The notes under the pieces: model-generated | Database searches by the model: none | What the model was told of the DNA's origin: nothing | The model's input: only the letters and a program-made list of their open reading frames with translations | Shown here: positions 27,336 to 35,414 of the stretch, piece after piece | Layout of the letters: every line of letters starts with the position of its first letter | Numbering within the stretch: position 1 is the first letter of the stretch | IMG/VR virus record: IMGVR_UViG_3300044259_000059 | Coordinates: 1-50,437 of that record | Length of the DNA stretch: 50,437 nucleotides | Reading direction: 5' to 3' (one strand) | DNA from: a virus | Lineage: Duplodnaviria; Caudoviricetes | Program-made: the position numbers and the translations under genes

Positions 27336-27490
27336 AAACAGAAAGGACCGGGTTAAAACCCAGTCCTGTACACATTATCCTATGAAAAAATGCAAAAAAT
27401 ATTTTTATTGAGGTATAGAATCCGGGCGATCTGTGAACAAATACCCTGGTCACATAGTTAAACCCTAATTATGAAACAAAGTAAAAATAG
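27336..27490 (-). ncRNA. Candidate 3'UTR-derived sRNA C with two hairpins
   Basis: Terminator 27344-27367 with UUUUAA loop; 27369-27378 matches the neck-gene start 46212-46221. Confidence 0.4.
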
Positions 27491-27495
27491 TGTTA

Positions 27496-27705
27496 TTAAA
27501 TCTTTTTACTGCCTCTGATGTGAGTTTTAAAATATCTGTTTATGGCCTGTTTCGCCGCGTGCCTAATGTTTTCATCAGCCATAGGATACTGCCCGTGTAT
27601 CTCTATTGTGAGTGTTACTTTCTCGCTACACGGCTCTTCCTGCGGATCGGTGGCAAAGTTTTGTTTATACTCTACTACTTCATTCCAGATAGCTTTACTT
27701 TTCAT
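27496..27705 (-). CDS. Hypothetical protein (MKSKAI start)
   Basis: GGAGG-N9-ATG junction. Confidence 0.55.
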   Translation of the reverse strand: MKSKAIWNEVVEYKQNFATDPQEEPCSEKVTLTIEIHGQYPMADENIRHAAKQAINRYFKTHIRGSKKI

Positions 27706-27913
27706 AATTCCTGCCCTCCTGTTGCGGTAATTTTTCAATATCATAAGCACCTACGTCCAAATACTCACACGCCCATTCAAAAGCCAGTTCGGCGGCTCTA
27801 TCCTCAACCTGCTCGGGGGTTGCATCATCTGGCATCTCAAACTCTATTTCATCGTCACGATCTGCATTAATAAACCCCCAATTACCTGATACCTTTGCTT
27901 TATATTTTACCAT
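27695..27913 (-). CDS. Small acidic protein; paralog of 29174-29389
   Basis: WGF...DDATPEQVE...EW..Y.D.G. Confidence 0.65.
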   Translation of the reverse strand: MVKYKAKVSGNWGFINADRDDEIEFEMPDDATPEQVEDRAAELAFEWACEYLDVGAYDIEKLPQQEGRNYEK

Positions 27914-27939
27914 CTTGTCCGGCCTCCGTGCCGGTGTTT

Positions 27940-28209
27940 TTAATCTGTACAAATAATTAACTGATTCAATGTAAACCAATGATAATCCCCTGTTTCACTA
28001 TCAGATAAACAATATCTCCAATGACTATTATTCCACCATGGTTGTTCATCTACGAATGTGAAGAACATTTTACATACGTGTACATTCTGGTAAAAGAGTA
28101 AATCTTCATACCTGTATGCTAAATCTGGTCTATCATATTTAGCAGCATTCGACACTAAATGAGCCGTTTTGTGCAATAGATCAGGCAGTATGTGTAATGG
28201 TATTATCAT
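27940..28209 (-). CDS. Hypothetical protein
   Basis: ORF in early operon. Confidence 0.55.
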   Translation of the reverse strand: MIIPLHILPDLLHKTAHLVSNAAKYDRPDLAYRYEDLLFYQNVHVCKMFFTFVDEQPWWNNSHWRYCLSDSETGDYHWFTLNQLIICTD

Positions 28210-28375
28210 TTTCCGGTCTTTCTATGCATTCATGTTCTGTCCATGTTCTGGGATATTTTATATCCTTTGAGTATCGATAATAAACGAATGTACCTTGCCA
28301 CACTTCCCGGATACTATTGCAAAAAATACACTTATCGTAATTACCGAAAACGTTCTGCCATTTATGTTGTTTCAT
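28181..28375 (-). CDS. Small protein with HxW...CxxC...C putative zinc motif
   Basis: HKW...CIFC...HEC. Confidence 0.6.
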   Translation of the reverse strand: MKQHKWQNVFGNYDKCIFCNSIREVWQGTFVYYRYSKDIKYPRTWTEHECIERPENDNTITHTA

Positions 28376-28547
28376 TCTTTCCGGCCTCCGGTTCCGGTAT
28401 TCTATTTTCGTGAATCATAAACAATTCTGAATCCTTAAACGCAGATTCACCATGCTGTAAGCACCAAATACCATGAACTGTATACAGTCCTACCTGCCAT
28501 TCTGAGTTTGGCTTTGGCTTAACCCAGTAAAACCCCTCTTGTCTCAT
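28362..28547 (-). CDS. Small protein MRQEGFYWVK
   Basis: Paralog of 9516-9674. Confidence 0.65.
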   Translation of the reverse strand: MRQEGFYWVKPKPNSEWQVGLYTVHGIWCLQHGESAFKDSELFMIHENRIPEPEAGKNETT

Positions 28548-28759
28548 TATTTTCCGGCCTCCTTACCGTTGTTATTTGTTTTTAATTCAAATTGTCTGTC
28601 TGATTCGTCTTCAGAATATGTAACCCAGCGAAAGGCATATCTGATATTTATTACTAGATGCCTGAAATACGAGCATTCATAGTGCCTCACCTTTTCATAA
28701 ACCCAATATGGCATTAAGCCAAAATAAAGCGCTTTAAGTATTGCTCTTATCCGAATCAT
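28547..28759 (-). CDS. Hypothetical protein (MIRIRA start)
   Basis: GGAGG-N9-ATG junction. Confidence 0.55.
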   Translation of the reverse strand: MIRIRAILKALYFGLMPYWVYEKVRHYECSYFRHLVINIRYAFRWVTYSEDESDRQFELKTNNNGKEAGK

Positions 28760-29060
28760 CGCTCCCGGCCTCCGGCTCCGGTACATAACCGCTTTCTTCC
28801 AAAAAAACAGTTGGATCGAACGGGACTCCAATCATCTTTGTTATAGCATTGCAAACGTCCCTGATAGCCTCAGCCTGTGTTGCTACGGTAACTTTCGCAA
28901 TGTTTAAATAACTAAAGATTGTTACCTCTTTACCATGATCACCAAGCGACTCCCATGTATTTCCTTCAAAGAAAGAAGTTGTTTTATCCTTGTAATCATC
29001 TATGGCTAATTTTTCTGCCATATCCTGCACGCGTTGAGTGTACTTTTTATTATTTGGCAT
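28734..29060 (-). CDS. Hypothetical protein (MPNNKK start)
   Basis: ATG 1 nt after the upstream stop. Confidence 0.6.
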   Translation of the reverse strand: MPNNKKYTQRVQDMAEKLAIDDYKDKTTSFFEGNTWESLGDHGKEVTIFSYLNIAKVTVATQAEAIRDVCNAITKMIGVPFDPTVFLEESGYVPEPEAGSDDSDKSNT

Positions 29061-29061
29061 T

Positions 29062-29193
29062 TTATTTAGGTTTAGGCACGTAGCCGTGTTCATCTTCAGT
29101 CATTAAGTCAGTACGTGCGCCGGTTCCTAAAGAGTTGTATAATACAACAGCTGAATAAATACGGGCGATCTTTTTAATCTGTGCTTTGGTCAT
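29062..29193 (-). CDS. Short ORF, 43 aa (MTKAQIKK...GYVPKPK); possible deletion chimera
   Basis: Hand translation; tail resembles GYVPEPE of the next gene. Confidence 0.45.
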   Translation of the reverse strand: MTKAQIKKIARIYSAVVLYNSLGTGARTDLMTEDEHGYVPKPK

Positions 29194-29389
29194 ATTTCTT
29201 GCCCTCCTCCCTGCGCCATTCATATCCTAAATCCATATAATTCCACATCCACTCGGTAACAGCTTCCTGCACATCTCCCTCAATTTCTTCGTCAGTGGCA
29301 TTATCTTCTACAAATATTTCAAGTTCTTCTTCGCGAACAGTTCCTGCGAATCCCCAATCCGCGCAAGCGTCTATAATAATTCTTTTCAT
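29174..29389 (-). CDS. Small acidic protein; paralog of 27695-27913
   Basis: WGF...DNATDEEIE...EW..Y.D.G. Confidence 0.65.
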   Translation of the reverse strand: MKRIIIDACADWGFAGTVREEELEIFVEDNATDEEIEGDVQEAVTEWMWNYMDLGYEWRREEGKKYDQSTD

Positions 29390-29700
29390 ATCATCCCGGT
29401 AACCGTATCCGGAGCGGTTTTATTTGTGTGGTTGCGTAATACTGTTTCGTCCTCTTTTGCTATTTTTTCGCACCAATCCAGTGCATCTTTTATAGTAAGA
29501 TGCAAATCATACCGAGAGTCTTTTGTAGGGTTAACATAGATATGCTCTTGGTTACCCATAATTATACAAATTTCGTATGTACATTCGGGAGCTAACCCAC
29601 TTCTCTTACTATATGTATAAACTATAGATGTCTGTAGTCTAGTCAAATTAAATTTACGCAACATCTTTGTTACGGTAATATGAAATTGCTTAGGTGTCAT
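29386..29700 (-). CDS. Hypothetical protein
   Basis: ORF in early operon. Confidence 0.6.
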   Translation of the reverse strand: MTPKQFHITVTKMLRKFNLTRLQTSIVYTYSKRSGLAPECTYEICIIMGNQEHIYVNPTKDSRYDLHLTIKDALDWCEKIAKEDETVLRNHTNKTAPDTVTGMI

Positions 29701-29731
29701 GATGCGAGTTTTTATTTATAAAAAATTCCGT

Positions 29732-29932
29732 TTATATTTTAATGAGTTCTTCAGAAGTTTTTGTCATATTAAATGGCTTGCGAACAGGAGCTCCATCCTG
29801 ATGATGTGTGAACTCAACTATGTAGGTTGTATCTCTGTGTGGGTGTGAGCTAATCCAAATTACGATTCCTGAAAAATTAGTCTCTTGCCCTATCTCTGCT
29901 ACTTTGTCTCCGATTTTAAATTCGTTTTTCAT
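29732..29932 (-). CDS. Small SH3-like protein (FKIGDKV)
   Basis: N-terminal FKIGDKV pattern. Confidence 0.6.
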   Translation of the reverse strand: MKNEFKIGDKVAEIGQETNFSGIVIWISSHPHRDTTYIVEFTHHQDGAPVRKPFNMTKTSEELIKI

Positions 29933-29965
29933 GCTGATACGATTTTAAGGCCCGAAGGCCCGGGT

Positions 29966-30307
29966 TTATTTATATATTTCATTCATGTTGGTGAATACTA
30001 ACAGCGCGGCGGTCATCCGGTAAATGTCAAGTGCTTCGGTGTTAATGTATCCCGCGAATGCTTCCTTTACGGTTACTCCTTCTTTGTTCAACTCAAACAA
30101 TGCCCATCCGTCACCTATTACATCAGCTCTGAAAGTTGCTGCATCGATCGCGTTATCCATGCTCTTCCAGTCCACGCCATTACCGTTCATTAACATCTCT
30201 ATCATTTCTGTGATGTCTTCCATGCAGCTATTTTCGTTTTCTTCCACCAGTTCGAGGGCTATTTTAGCCATTGTATTCTGTTTGATAGTTTCGATTGTGT
30301 TTGCCAT
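29966..30307 (-). CDS. Acidic first early protein (MANTIE start)
   Basis: Directly after the promoter at 30336. Confidence 0.65.
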   Translation of the reverse strand: MANTIETIKQNTMAKIALELVEENENSCMEDITEMIEMLMNGNGVDWKSMDNAIDAATFRADVIGDGWALFELNKEGVTVKEAFAGYINTEALDIYRMTAALLVFTNMNEIYK

Positions 30308-30335
30308 GTGTTTGTGTTTTAGCGTGTTTGTTTCA

Positions 30336-30367
30336 CAAATATAAAACGAAAACAAATACAAAACAAA
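30336..30367 (-). promoter_or_regulatory. Early sigma70 promoter
   Basis: TATATTTG at 30336-30343 and TTTG at 30364-30367. Confidence 0.7.
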
Positions 30368-30409
30368 ACTTTGTCAAACTTTTTTTTAAAACTTTTTTGG
30401 GCGGGGCAT

Positions 30410-30470
30410 AAAAAACCCGGGTAGAGACCCGGGTAGTATGGGAAAACACCAAATAATTTATTCTTCACAA
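30410..30470 (-). ncRNA. Candidate sRNA D (3' end of the lysis operon), antisense to early-gene leaders; includes the terminator
   Basis: Stem ACCCGGG/CCCGGGT, UCUCUA loop, U tract; 30443-30456 matches leaders at 10498, 18086, 20417 and 24746. Confidence 0.6.
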
Positions 30471-30472
30471 TA

Positions 30473-30967
30473 TTACTGGAAAAAATTTAATTCCCCTGTC
30501 TGATAGAGGTACGCTTCAGACTTCCTTCGTCTGGTAAGCCCTGCAAGAACCTTGCCGCCTGACTTGTTCCACTGCATGAACTGAGCGGTAATAGCTGCGT
30601 AGTCCTTCGGGTTCGCTTTCACCTTCTTCAGGAGTGTGCTATCCCCCAGCCCTTCGGCTATCCCATCGTGATCCATGTCCGGCCCCGCATTGTAGGCAAA
30701 AGATACCAGCGCGTCAAACTGGTGAGGTTCCAGACTCACACCAGCGGTTAAGATGTTTACATCCCTTACAAACTCTGCGACGATCAATTTAAACAACTGA
30801 TCCGCCCGTTCCTGTGTAATGATTTGCCCCATCTTTACCGGCGTCTTATCCTCATAGTAGGTATTACCCCATCCGATAGTCGGGATACCTTTGGAGTCTC
30901 TATACGCAGTCAGCCTACAGGACTCAAAACCCTTGATTAGCTTTTCGCCTTTGCTTGTCAATTCCAT
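30473..30967 (-). CDS. Endolysin, GH24 lysozyme
   Basis: FE-x8-D-x5-T catalytic motif (FESCRLTAYRDSKGIPTIGWG), FDALVSFAYNAG, GLTRRR. Confidence 0.93.
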   Translation of the reverse strand: MELTSKGEKLIKGFESCRLTAYRDSKGIPTIGWGNTYYEDKTPVKMGQIITQERADQLFKLIVAEFVRDVNILTAGVSLEPHQFDALVSFAYNAGPDMDHDGIAEGLGDSTLLKKVKANPKDYAAITAQFMQWNKSGGKVLAGLTRRRKSEAYLYQTGELNFFQ

Positions 30968-31142
30968 ATAAGTACTTTAGTTTTTCGATCGCATTGGAAG
31001 CGAGTAACACCCCGCCAGCGACCAGTAAGAAAATGATTAGAGAGAAAGCAAACTCCCGGCCGACTTGCTGATTATGCAGAGTAGCCCGGGAGTTGTACGC
31101 CTGTTGTTCCTGTGTTGAACTAAATTCTACTTTGTTGCTCAT
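30924..31142 (-). CDS. Small single-pass membrane protein of the lysis cassette
   Basis: One TM helix; adjacent to the endolysin. Confidence 0.55.
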   Translation of the reverse strand: MSNKVEFSSTQEQQAYNSRATLHNQQVGREFAFSLIIFLLVAGGVLLASNAIEKLKYLYGIDKQRRKANQGF

Positions 31143-31696
31143 GGTAAAATCTTACGGATTTTTAGGTAACCGTAAGCCAAAAGTAAAACAATAAGCGAAC
31201 AAAACAACAACAAATATAAATTACCTCGTTTATGGTCCTTTTTAGCCTGATCCTTCGCCTGATCTCTTTGCGTCCTATATGTTATTGTTGAGTCCTTATA
31301 TCTGTCTAAAATCGACTGCAATGCAGCGAGCTTCCCATTATCGACGGCGGTATCTGTCTTTTGGTGGTATGCGTCGATCTGTTTGTTATCCGGACACTTA
31401 AGGAACCTATCACGATAAACGATAGAATCTTTCCCCGGGATACTGGAAGGTACTAAATGTGCCTCCGGACACGGTACGCTATCGCCCGGGAGATATGTAG
31501 TATCGACCCGGATAACTGTATCCTTCCCCTCAGTATATGTAACCGGGAACTTGGATGCGTAGAATTCTGCCAGCTCCCCCGGATGGTTCTGGAAGTATTG
31601 CAGCGCCTTACCTTGCTGTTTCTTCTGTGTGGTACAGGCAGGGAAAAGCCCTGCTACAATGAGCAGGGCTATGAGTATTTTTTTATATGGCTTCAT
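31139..31696 (-). CDS. Putative unimolecular spanin
   Basis: N-terminal lipobox (GLFPA-C) plus C-terminal TM helix within the lysis cassette. Confidence 0.7.
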   Translation of the reverse strand: MKPYKKILIALLIVAGLFPACTTQKKQQGKALQYFQNHPGELAEFYASKFPVTYTEGKDTVIRVDTTYLPGDSVPCPEAHLVPSSIPGKDSIVYRDRFLKCPDNKQIDAYHQKTDTAVDNGKLAALQSILDRYKDSTITYRTQRDQAKDQAKKDHKRGNLYLLLFCSLIVLLLAYGYLKIRKILP

Positions 31697-32162
31697 CTGG
31701 TAACGGTTTTATTTTAGAATGTGAATATCTTTTCTCCCCGTCCGGGTACTTCCAGTAATACCACTTCTTAACCTCGACCTTTTGAAGAATACGGCCGTTG
31801 CTATCGGTAACCGGATCGCCTTCGCTATCCATCTTTACGCATCGTATCGTATCCCGCTCTCCACATACGAGGCGCTTTTTACTCTCTCTGTGTAGCTGGT
31901 TGACCTTCGCCTCGAGTTCGACGTATTGCTCCGCAAGGCTATCTATCTGCTTATTCTTTATCGTCATCACTGAGTCGATCGGTTCATTTACCCATTTACG
32001 CAAAGAGTCCTGCATGTACTCGGGGAGAGTGGAATCTACCCCGGTAGCGCAGGTGTCACACTGCATTACATGTACAATGTTCTGAGACGCTGTACTCCCA
32101 CTTGGTTGTGGGATAAATGATAGTAGCGGCGTGTAAAACAATGCTAAGATTAACGTTTTCAT
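31683..32162 (-). CDS. Signal-peptide coiled-coil protein of the lysis region
   Basis: Hydrophobic N-terminus and coiled coil. Confidence 0.55.
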   Translation of the reverse strand: MKTLILALFYTPLLSFIPQPSGSTASQNIVHVMQCDTCATGVDSTLPEYMQDSLRKWVNEPIDSVMTIKNKQIDSLAEQYVELEAKVNQLHRESKKRLVCGERDTIRCVKMDSEGDPVTDSNGRILQKVEVKKWYYWKYPDGEKRYSHSKIKPLPDEAI

Positions 32163-32497
32163 GTTTTTTTGTTGTTTACAGAGTCTACAATTCTGTTAAG
32201 TGAATCCGCTTTATGTTGGAGTGTTTTTAGTTTGTTGTCTGCCTCGATACCCTGCTTTATCGCTTTGAGTTCTCCTTCTGTTTGAGCGCTGGTTTTAATC
32301 TCGTTGAACTTGTCATTCCAAAGTTGTTCCACTTTTGTTTCTTTAGAAAACATACAGCGGAGGAATAAGCAAAGAAACAAAGAAGCTAAAAAGCCATTGC
32401 CCCACGCGCCCGGCCCCCATTTTTTCGGGCTGAATTGGCCGAGTAAATCCCCCAAACCGTTTAGCGGTGTGTCGTTGGGCTTCTCTATATCTGGCAT
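32159..32497 (-). CDS. Single-TM coiled-coil protein (holin/spanin-like)
   Basis: TM followed by coiled coil; position. Confidence 0.5.
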   Translation of the reverse strand: MPDIEKPNDTPLNGLGDLLGQFSPKKWGPGAWGNGFLASLFLCLFLRCMFSKETKVEQLWNDKFNEIKTSAQTEGELKAIKQGIEADNKLKTLQHKADSLNRIVDSVNNKKT

Positions 32498-32873
32498 TTG
32501 AATAATGGTTTAACAGGATGAAGGAATTAAACATAAAATAAAACAGAATAACACGTAGACCAGTTAGCCCGATGCAACATAATGTTACAATAACGATTGC
32601 CGCTTTATACTCTGATATTTCAAAATCGTACGGTTTAAATAGGGCCTCATCGAATAAGTCCAGCACAGCCAGCCCGAAGGCCATGCAAGCGACTCGAAAA
32701 AGCCATCGCCCGGGTACGTAACGGGCAAATATGGTTATGACAGAGGTATACAGGACGCGCTGCAAAGACTCGCCGTAGAAATAAATGTGATTCCAAAGGA
32801 AAGGCCATGTGTTGCGAGTGATAAACTCGCCGCACATGGCACACAGAATGATATAACGTAACCGCTTTATCAT
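32343..32873 (-). CDS. Multi-pass membrane protein (holin candidate)
   Basis: About four hydrophobic segments; position. Confidence 0.55.
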   Translation of the reverse strand: MIKRLRYIILCAMCGEFITRNTWPFLWNHIYFYGESLQRVLYTSVITIFARYVPGRWLFRVACMAFGLAVLDLFDEALFKPYDFEISEYKAAIVIVTLCCIGLTGLRVILFYFMFNSFILLNHYSNARYREAQRHTAKRFGGFTRPIQPEKMGAGRVGQWLFSFFVSLLIPPLYVF

Positions 32874-33031
32874 TGGGTTGGTGGTTTAGTAGGACGTGGA
32901 CCCGGACCGTCAGCGTCTGCTGTTTCGGTTTCCGGTTCTTCTGTCGGTACTGGCGCTTCTACTGGGGCTGGAATTTCCGTCGATATGCCTTCTTCGGTCT
33001 CATGGATCGGATTTTCATTTGGTTCAATCAT
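32870..33031 (-). CDS. Acidic Pro-rich peptide, 53 aa (ends ADGPGPRPTKPPTQ)
   Basis: Hand translation; follows the promoter at 33061-33068; TGA overlaps the ATG of the membrane gene. Confidence 0.6.
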   Translation of the reverse strand: MIEPNENPIHETEEGISTEIPAPVEAPVPTEEPETETADADGPGPRPTKPPTQ

Positions 33032-33088
33032 GATCGTTTGTTTAAGGGTGAATGATAAAACAAAGTTAAAATATATTAGTAATTACAA

Positions 33089-35347
33089 CTACAAACTATT
33101 TTGTCTTAAATAGAACTTCCAGCTTAAAGAAGTAGCTGCTAGTCCTGTAATTCTTACTCTTAATGAGCCTCCCGTAACATCAACAGTAATAGATACACCT
33201 GATATATCTGAATCTCCCCCTGTTGCGATTGAGGTATTAGATACAAGCGTGGCTACACCTGCATCATTTCGTGCAGCAATATAATTTTTAAAATAACGCC
33301 CTTTATTTGACCCATTTTTAACAATTACATCAAGATCAAAAGTACAAAATGTTCCACTGGTAATTGCTGAAGCGAAACCTGTTGTAGTGGTAGCATCCGA
33401 AGTTGTTGCAGTAAAATTCTTATCTCTGCCTCCGCTTTCTGTTATACCATATGCATCCCATGTAGCTGTCCCGCTGGTTGTTATTGCTCTCCATCCGATA
33501 CAATTAACAGTTAAAATATTTGTGTTTAGCCATATATCACCAGCGATACCGCGTGATGTCGGTTTTTCAGATGCATAACCCATAATATTCATATTACATG
33601 AATATGTAGCTGTGCCACTTGCATCTGTTACTTTATATGAAGTATTCGTATTTTCACTATAATCATTATCTCGTATAGAAACATTCGTAACTGGGCTACT
33701 TAATCCAGTACTGTCCTGCAAGTAAATAGGGGTAGCGGTGCCCTTTAATTTATTCCTATAAATCTGTACTCCGGTAGATACGCCTGCGGTGCCATCTGCT
33801 TTAGGCTGTGTTTCAATTAATATGTTTCTGGTATTAAGATCACACATATTATCATATACCTTACAATTTGAACTATTTATAATCCTTATACCATACTGAT
33901 ACCCATATATTATATTGCCATACACCTCTGTACCGGAATCTACGTCCTGAATCCTTAGTCCGCTATTTACATTAAGAGTTGAATAAATTTCGTTCCTAGC
34001 GATACGAAGATTAAGCGGCTTTGCCCCTATCCATTGAGTGTTTAAACCGCCTGTTCCGTTATCTTTCCAGACATTATCTGTTATTAATACATTTCTCGCA
34101 GAACTTGACTGGTATACGCTTTTAAATGTCATGCCGTAAAATGAATTATCATGAAAATGATTTTGCGCAATTGTAACCCCGTCTATTTGGTTTACTGCGA
34201 AATCCATCCCGTCTTGCCCATTTCCATATGATATATTGCCTAATATGACAACATTTTTTATAGTAGTTTCGGTTGATGGAGATTGTAACCCTGCTACCTT
34301 AAATCCATCATTCGTATTATTATATGCAGTATTTGCAATTAATCTCAGTCCGTCTACAGATAAAAAATAATTCCCCCATGACCTGAAAGCAGTGAATCTA
34401 CACCCCATTACCAATACATCGCTTGCATTTTCTACATGTAACCCATATCTGCCATTTCTATAAGAGCAATCATAGAACTTTAAATTAGTGCATCCATTGA
34501 CTACCTGAGTGCAGTATATATTACCTGTAAGCTGATTTGCGCCATCAAATTGCAAGTTTCGCATTGTTATGTTAGACACATTATCATAATAGAATCCTTG
34601 CCCTACTGAAGTCGGAAGTATTAAAGCCCCATTGGAATTTATAGAAACATTCGATAAAACATTTACAGTTCCTATTACGTATGATGATGGCGCGCTGGGT
34701 ATAAATATCTCATTAACCCCAATCTTTCCGGCTGAATTTATAGCCGCCTGTATATTTGACGTAGAATCTGTATTACCGTCTGCCTTTGCTCCGAATATTC
34801 TTACATCAATGCTGTTTTGAATATACCTAACAAAATATTCGCCCCCCACTTTAAAATATATGATCCCGTCAATATCGCTATCAGAAATGGCGTCACCTGA
34901 TGGCAAATTAACCTCCTTCCTAAGTGATACATATTCACCAGTATATTTATCCTTTATACCGATTAACACATCACCCAATCTTTGCGCTTTTAATAAGTTG
35001 CCATCAGTAGGAACAAACATGAATTTAGGCACGTCGTTATCCCAATCATTATCAAATTCTACATATTGTATAAAAGCGACTAATTGATCATAAGTCAATT
35101 TACATTCATTCGATAGCCATTCATTTACTATTTCTGAAGTAATAGGACTGCCATCCACATACGATACCGAATTTGCAAACAACTTCCAGTCAGTTCTATT
35201 GAGTTTGCCAGATTGATTTATTTTAAACAACAATACAGGCTTAATATCATCTGCTATATAATTAGCTATTGATACTAATTCAAATAGTGAATTAAATGGC
35301 AAATTGCCGCATCGGGTTATTGAATCGATTATTTCTTGCCTTGTCAT
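33089..35347 (-). CDS. Tailspike / depolymerase with parallel beta-helix
   Basis: IDVRIFGAKADGNTDSTSNIQAAIN pectate-lyase-3-like start and Asn-rich repeats; visibly more AT-rich than its neighbours. Confidence 0.8.
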   Translation of the reverse strand: MTRQEIIDSITRCGNLPFNSLFELVSIANYIADDIKPVLLFKINQSGKLNRTDWKLFANSVSYVDGSPITSEIVNEWLSNECKLTYDQLVAFIQYVEFDNDWDNDVPKFMFVPTDGNLLKAQRLGDVLIGIKDKYTGEYVSLRKEVNLPSGDAISDSDIDGIIYFKVGGEYFVRYIQNSIDVRIFGAKADGNTDSTSNIQAAINSAGKIGVNEIFIPSAPSSYVIGTVNVLSNVSINSNGALILPTSVGQGFYYDNVSNITMRNLQFDGANQLTGNIYCTQVVNGCTNLKFYDCSYRNGRYGLHVENASDVLVMGCRFTAFRSWGNYFLSVDGLRLIANTAYNNTNDGFKVAGLQSPSTETTIKNVVILGNISYGNGQDGMDFAVNQIDGVTIAQNHFHDNSFYGMTFKSVYQSSSARNVLITDNVWKDNGTGGLNTQWIGAKPLNLRIARNEIYSTLNVNSGLRIQDVDSGTEVYGNIIYGYQYGIRIINSSNCKVYDNMCDLNTRNILIETQPKADGTAGVSTGVQIYRNKLKGTATPIYLQDSTGLSSPVTNVSIRDNDYSENTNTSYKVTDASGTATYSCNMNIMGYASEKPTSRGIAGDIWLNTNILTVNCIGWRAITTSGTATWDAYGITESGGRDKNFTATTSDATTTTGFASAITSGTFCTFDLDVIVKNGSNKGRYFKNYIAARNDAGVATLVSNTSIATGGDSDISGVSITVDVTGGSLRVRITGLAATSLSWKFYLRQNSL

Positions 35348-35360
35348 TGGTGTTAAATTT

Positions 35361-35390
35361 AAAAAGAGCCAGTAGATTTGACTGGCTCTT
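35361..35390 (-). terminator. Intrinsic terminator after the tail-tube gene
   Basis: AAGAGCCAGT/ACTGGCTCTT stem plus T run. Confidence 0.75.
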
Positions 35391-35414
35391 GTTGATAGAA
35401 AAAGGGGTGTAAAA

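Noticed and set aside
32870-32915. Resemblance of GPRPT to proline-rich antimicrobial peptides such as drosocin
   Set aside because: Four residues of low complexity are not evidence of homology
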